Shown piece after piece: positions 57,701 to 58,615 of a stretch of 58,615 bases of DNA. The stretch's first letter is position 1. Every line of letters starts with the position of its first letter. The DNA is from a virus. Its lineage: Duplodnaviria > Caudoviricetes. Below the pieces are notes generated by a model. That model was not told the origin of the DNA, did no database searches, and saw only the letters and a list, made by a program, of their open reading frames with translations. Made by a program: the position numbers and the translations under genes. Location: positions 1 through 58,615 of the IMG/VR virus record IMGVR_UViG_3300043015_001060; one strand, 5' to 3'.

Positions 57701-58615
57701 GGGAAGACAAAGAAAAATATGTAAGTATTGCTAAACAAGTAAGCAAACTAGGAATAGAATTACTAGAGGCATTGAAGCCTAAAAAACTTGATCCATATGA
57801 CGGCCCAAATTATCTGGCTTCGCACAATGAACTAGATCGATGGAATGATGTAATGGACAGGCTTGTAAAAGCAGACAGTGAAATAGGAACAGATGAACAA
57901 ACATTCAATTTACCTGCTCTTATTGATGATTATGTATTAGCATCTATCAATTTAAATAATTATTATAGAGAAAAAGAATTAGGTACAACAATTAGTTCAG
58001 AAATAAAGTCATTAATTAAAGAACGATTTGCGGCAATAAAAAAATTCTTATCAGCATTTGATAAAATATTCCAGAAAGAAGGATTTGTAAATCTTAAACA
58101 AGAAATAAAAGCCAAAAATACTTTGGATAAACGCAACAAAGACTTTGAAAAGAATGTCAGAGACAACGCAAAAGCAAAACTAAACATACCAAGTCACAGT
58201 TGGGTGTACATAGACAAAGACTTTTTTGACACTATTACTGATGACAACTACGAAGACAGAGCGGCATATTTAGATAATCATATAGAACATTTTAATGACA
58301 AAGTAAACCAATCTAAAGTTTATGTCATACCTTCCAGTCATTTTAGCGATGCCGAGGACGCCACTAATGGCTTAGAACTCATAGACACTTTTGAAAAAAA
58401 CAAAAACTATTATCACACCTGGCGTAAAAAGGGTTATAAAAAAATAGTAAATAGATTCAACAACAAATATGGTTATAGTTGGAAGGACTTAATCGACCCA
58501 GATAAGTTTATTCAAGGCGATGGTGATGTATATCAAAAATTACAAAGACTTGGTATTGAAGTCACTCACAAAGGCGACAGCAGAAAAGGTGCACCTGGAC
58601 AAGAAGATTTATTTC
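54733..58615 (+). CDS. giant protein (>1290 aa, 3'-truncated) with a putative amidoligase (COOH-NH2 ligase) domain
   Basis: Frame open from ATG 54733 to the window end (absent from the ORF track, consistent with no in-window stop). Motifs CGFEAE, WAVEKDSSI, AELISP, NNSTGLHV, GKFNSI, VEFRIAGG. Confidence 0.85.
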   Translation, partial: MKFKDLRTIQTLLKEYGMTPGAPTSSGNQRTGSIVNKVSSSPTINGTKQKEKPKTVSANTVKVNSRITSPDGKKSGKVVSPVNKNPAFGGVVVQSDDGEYFIIKGKDRVQMQPEEVTEDLKDYASTPEIHNRALQIAKDAYKKSNKQVSFTKLYDKALEKIDPMYGNIEEGKLGKLARKNNRKLKIKDLKGKIKKLSRKRLKEADPKLFEINFNKKEIAQQGLDAPVKCGFEAETFFYSVEGGRSNDVDDMSISDIEYEYGDMPDQVWEDFEDWLYDKGQDEYLDDLIYDKVEEVREDEEYLNDFIDSGSGPSSEAIERYKKDFEEEDPKEYENREEDGWEYMNWVREYVEEEYEEAYLEWLRNNVQEDNDLGNDAREAARQDYNVEDWIYRNYDYMSSFLNDYGYEYGGGSGDVEGVADELWNWIKDNSKFDSYPETGDYDDTYTTTSWAVEKDSSIEPDEGTGAELISPVFDSPRKMLEEMRSLFQWSEENFGTNNSTGLHVTMSWQGKKAEQNKLKMALLLGDEYLLAEFGRLKNSYTKSQYRNILKYAEGMKRGDAKSFKQFEEMLTKGIDTGKFNSIHFKGEKDNDSENNLVEFRIAGGTDYNTMYEKVVKACVRYATIMKAGYEEDAFRKDYVNAVFRLLRKAQEIDPNKLKDLEVVNHEVIDSAKSIVGKKDYFDVIKLLSTSVEYLQAYKELSDPDADKQWKQSIKDYEKGTGDKVEIEEVEEKEPMTGYIMPSALAPSRRAPGELDKAQDRFGSAITLLARDIADGNNRAPVSAKHIGAFRKFAKELKLDIKQIEKLALSGMNNYNFDGTDKEKIARLQKGINSLFKQDIIKKPEYLSIKDVDVIGSKMWQFYQSDDAKDNGKMDKLADLLVNLNPSNNKIDVEEILRELPQERSENGFYAKLKGSGWNTRVSLLKNNGITSKGSAQELLKFLEPYGGYKHPTSPDHHVNIKSDDPYTDVFLMRLTQRLRARLDHLKDLEREDKEKYVSIAKQVSKLGIELLEALKPKKLDPYDGPNYLASHNELDRWNDVMDRLVKADSEIGTDEQTFNLPALIDDYVLASINLNNYYREKELGTTISSEIKSLIKERFAAIKKFLSAFDKIFQKEGFVNLKQEIKAKNTLDKRNKDFEKNVRDNAKAKLNIPSHSWVYIDKDFFDTITDDNYEDRAAYLDNHIEHFNDKVNQSKVYVIPSSHFSDAEDATNGLELIDTFEKNKNYYHTWRKKGYKKIVNRFNNKYGYSWKDLIDPDKFIQGDGDVYQKLQRLGIEVTHKGDSRKGAPGQEDLF

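Overview
This is an AT-rich (roughly 30-32% GC by eye), gene-dense segment of a large T4-like myovirus genome using the standard genetic code. The host is probably an aquatic Gram-negative bacterium, inferred from a TonB-dependent receptor, sigma70-type promoters and GGAG ribosome-binding sites. Virion genes include gp13/gp14/gp15-like neck and tail-terminator proteins, tail sheath, tail tube, a gp4-like nuclease and the large terminase. Replication and recombination genes include gp32, UvsX, UvsY, UvsW, primase, a DnaB/gp41 helicase, a dNMP kinase and a 194-aa miniature DnaE-like protein. There is one tRNA-Ser(GCT). Accessory genes include a CHASE2 adenylate/guanylate cyclase, a radical SAM enzyme, a PLP enzyme + amidinotransferase + two 2OG-dioxygenases + NDP-sugar epimerase cluster, an APS kinase-HxGH fusion, MetK, APRT, a sulfotransferase-like protein, SGNH-like and glycosyltransferase-like proteins, and a giant amidoligase-domain ORF that runs off the right end. 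The non-coding signals are: (1) a GATAAATA/TATAAATA late promoter often 5-7 nt before a start codon with no SD, suggesting leaderless mRNAs; (2) consensus sigma70 promoters; (3) a 3'-UTR hairpin whose loop is complementary to its own gene's RBS; (4) repeated ATAC...GTAT leader hairpins; (5) tandem promoter-gene-terminator cassettes; and (6) apparent avoidance of AGCT and GCWGC. All calls come from reading motifs by eye; no database searches were run.
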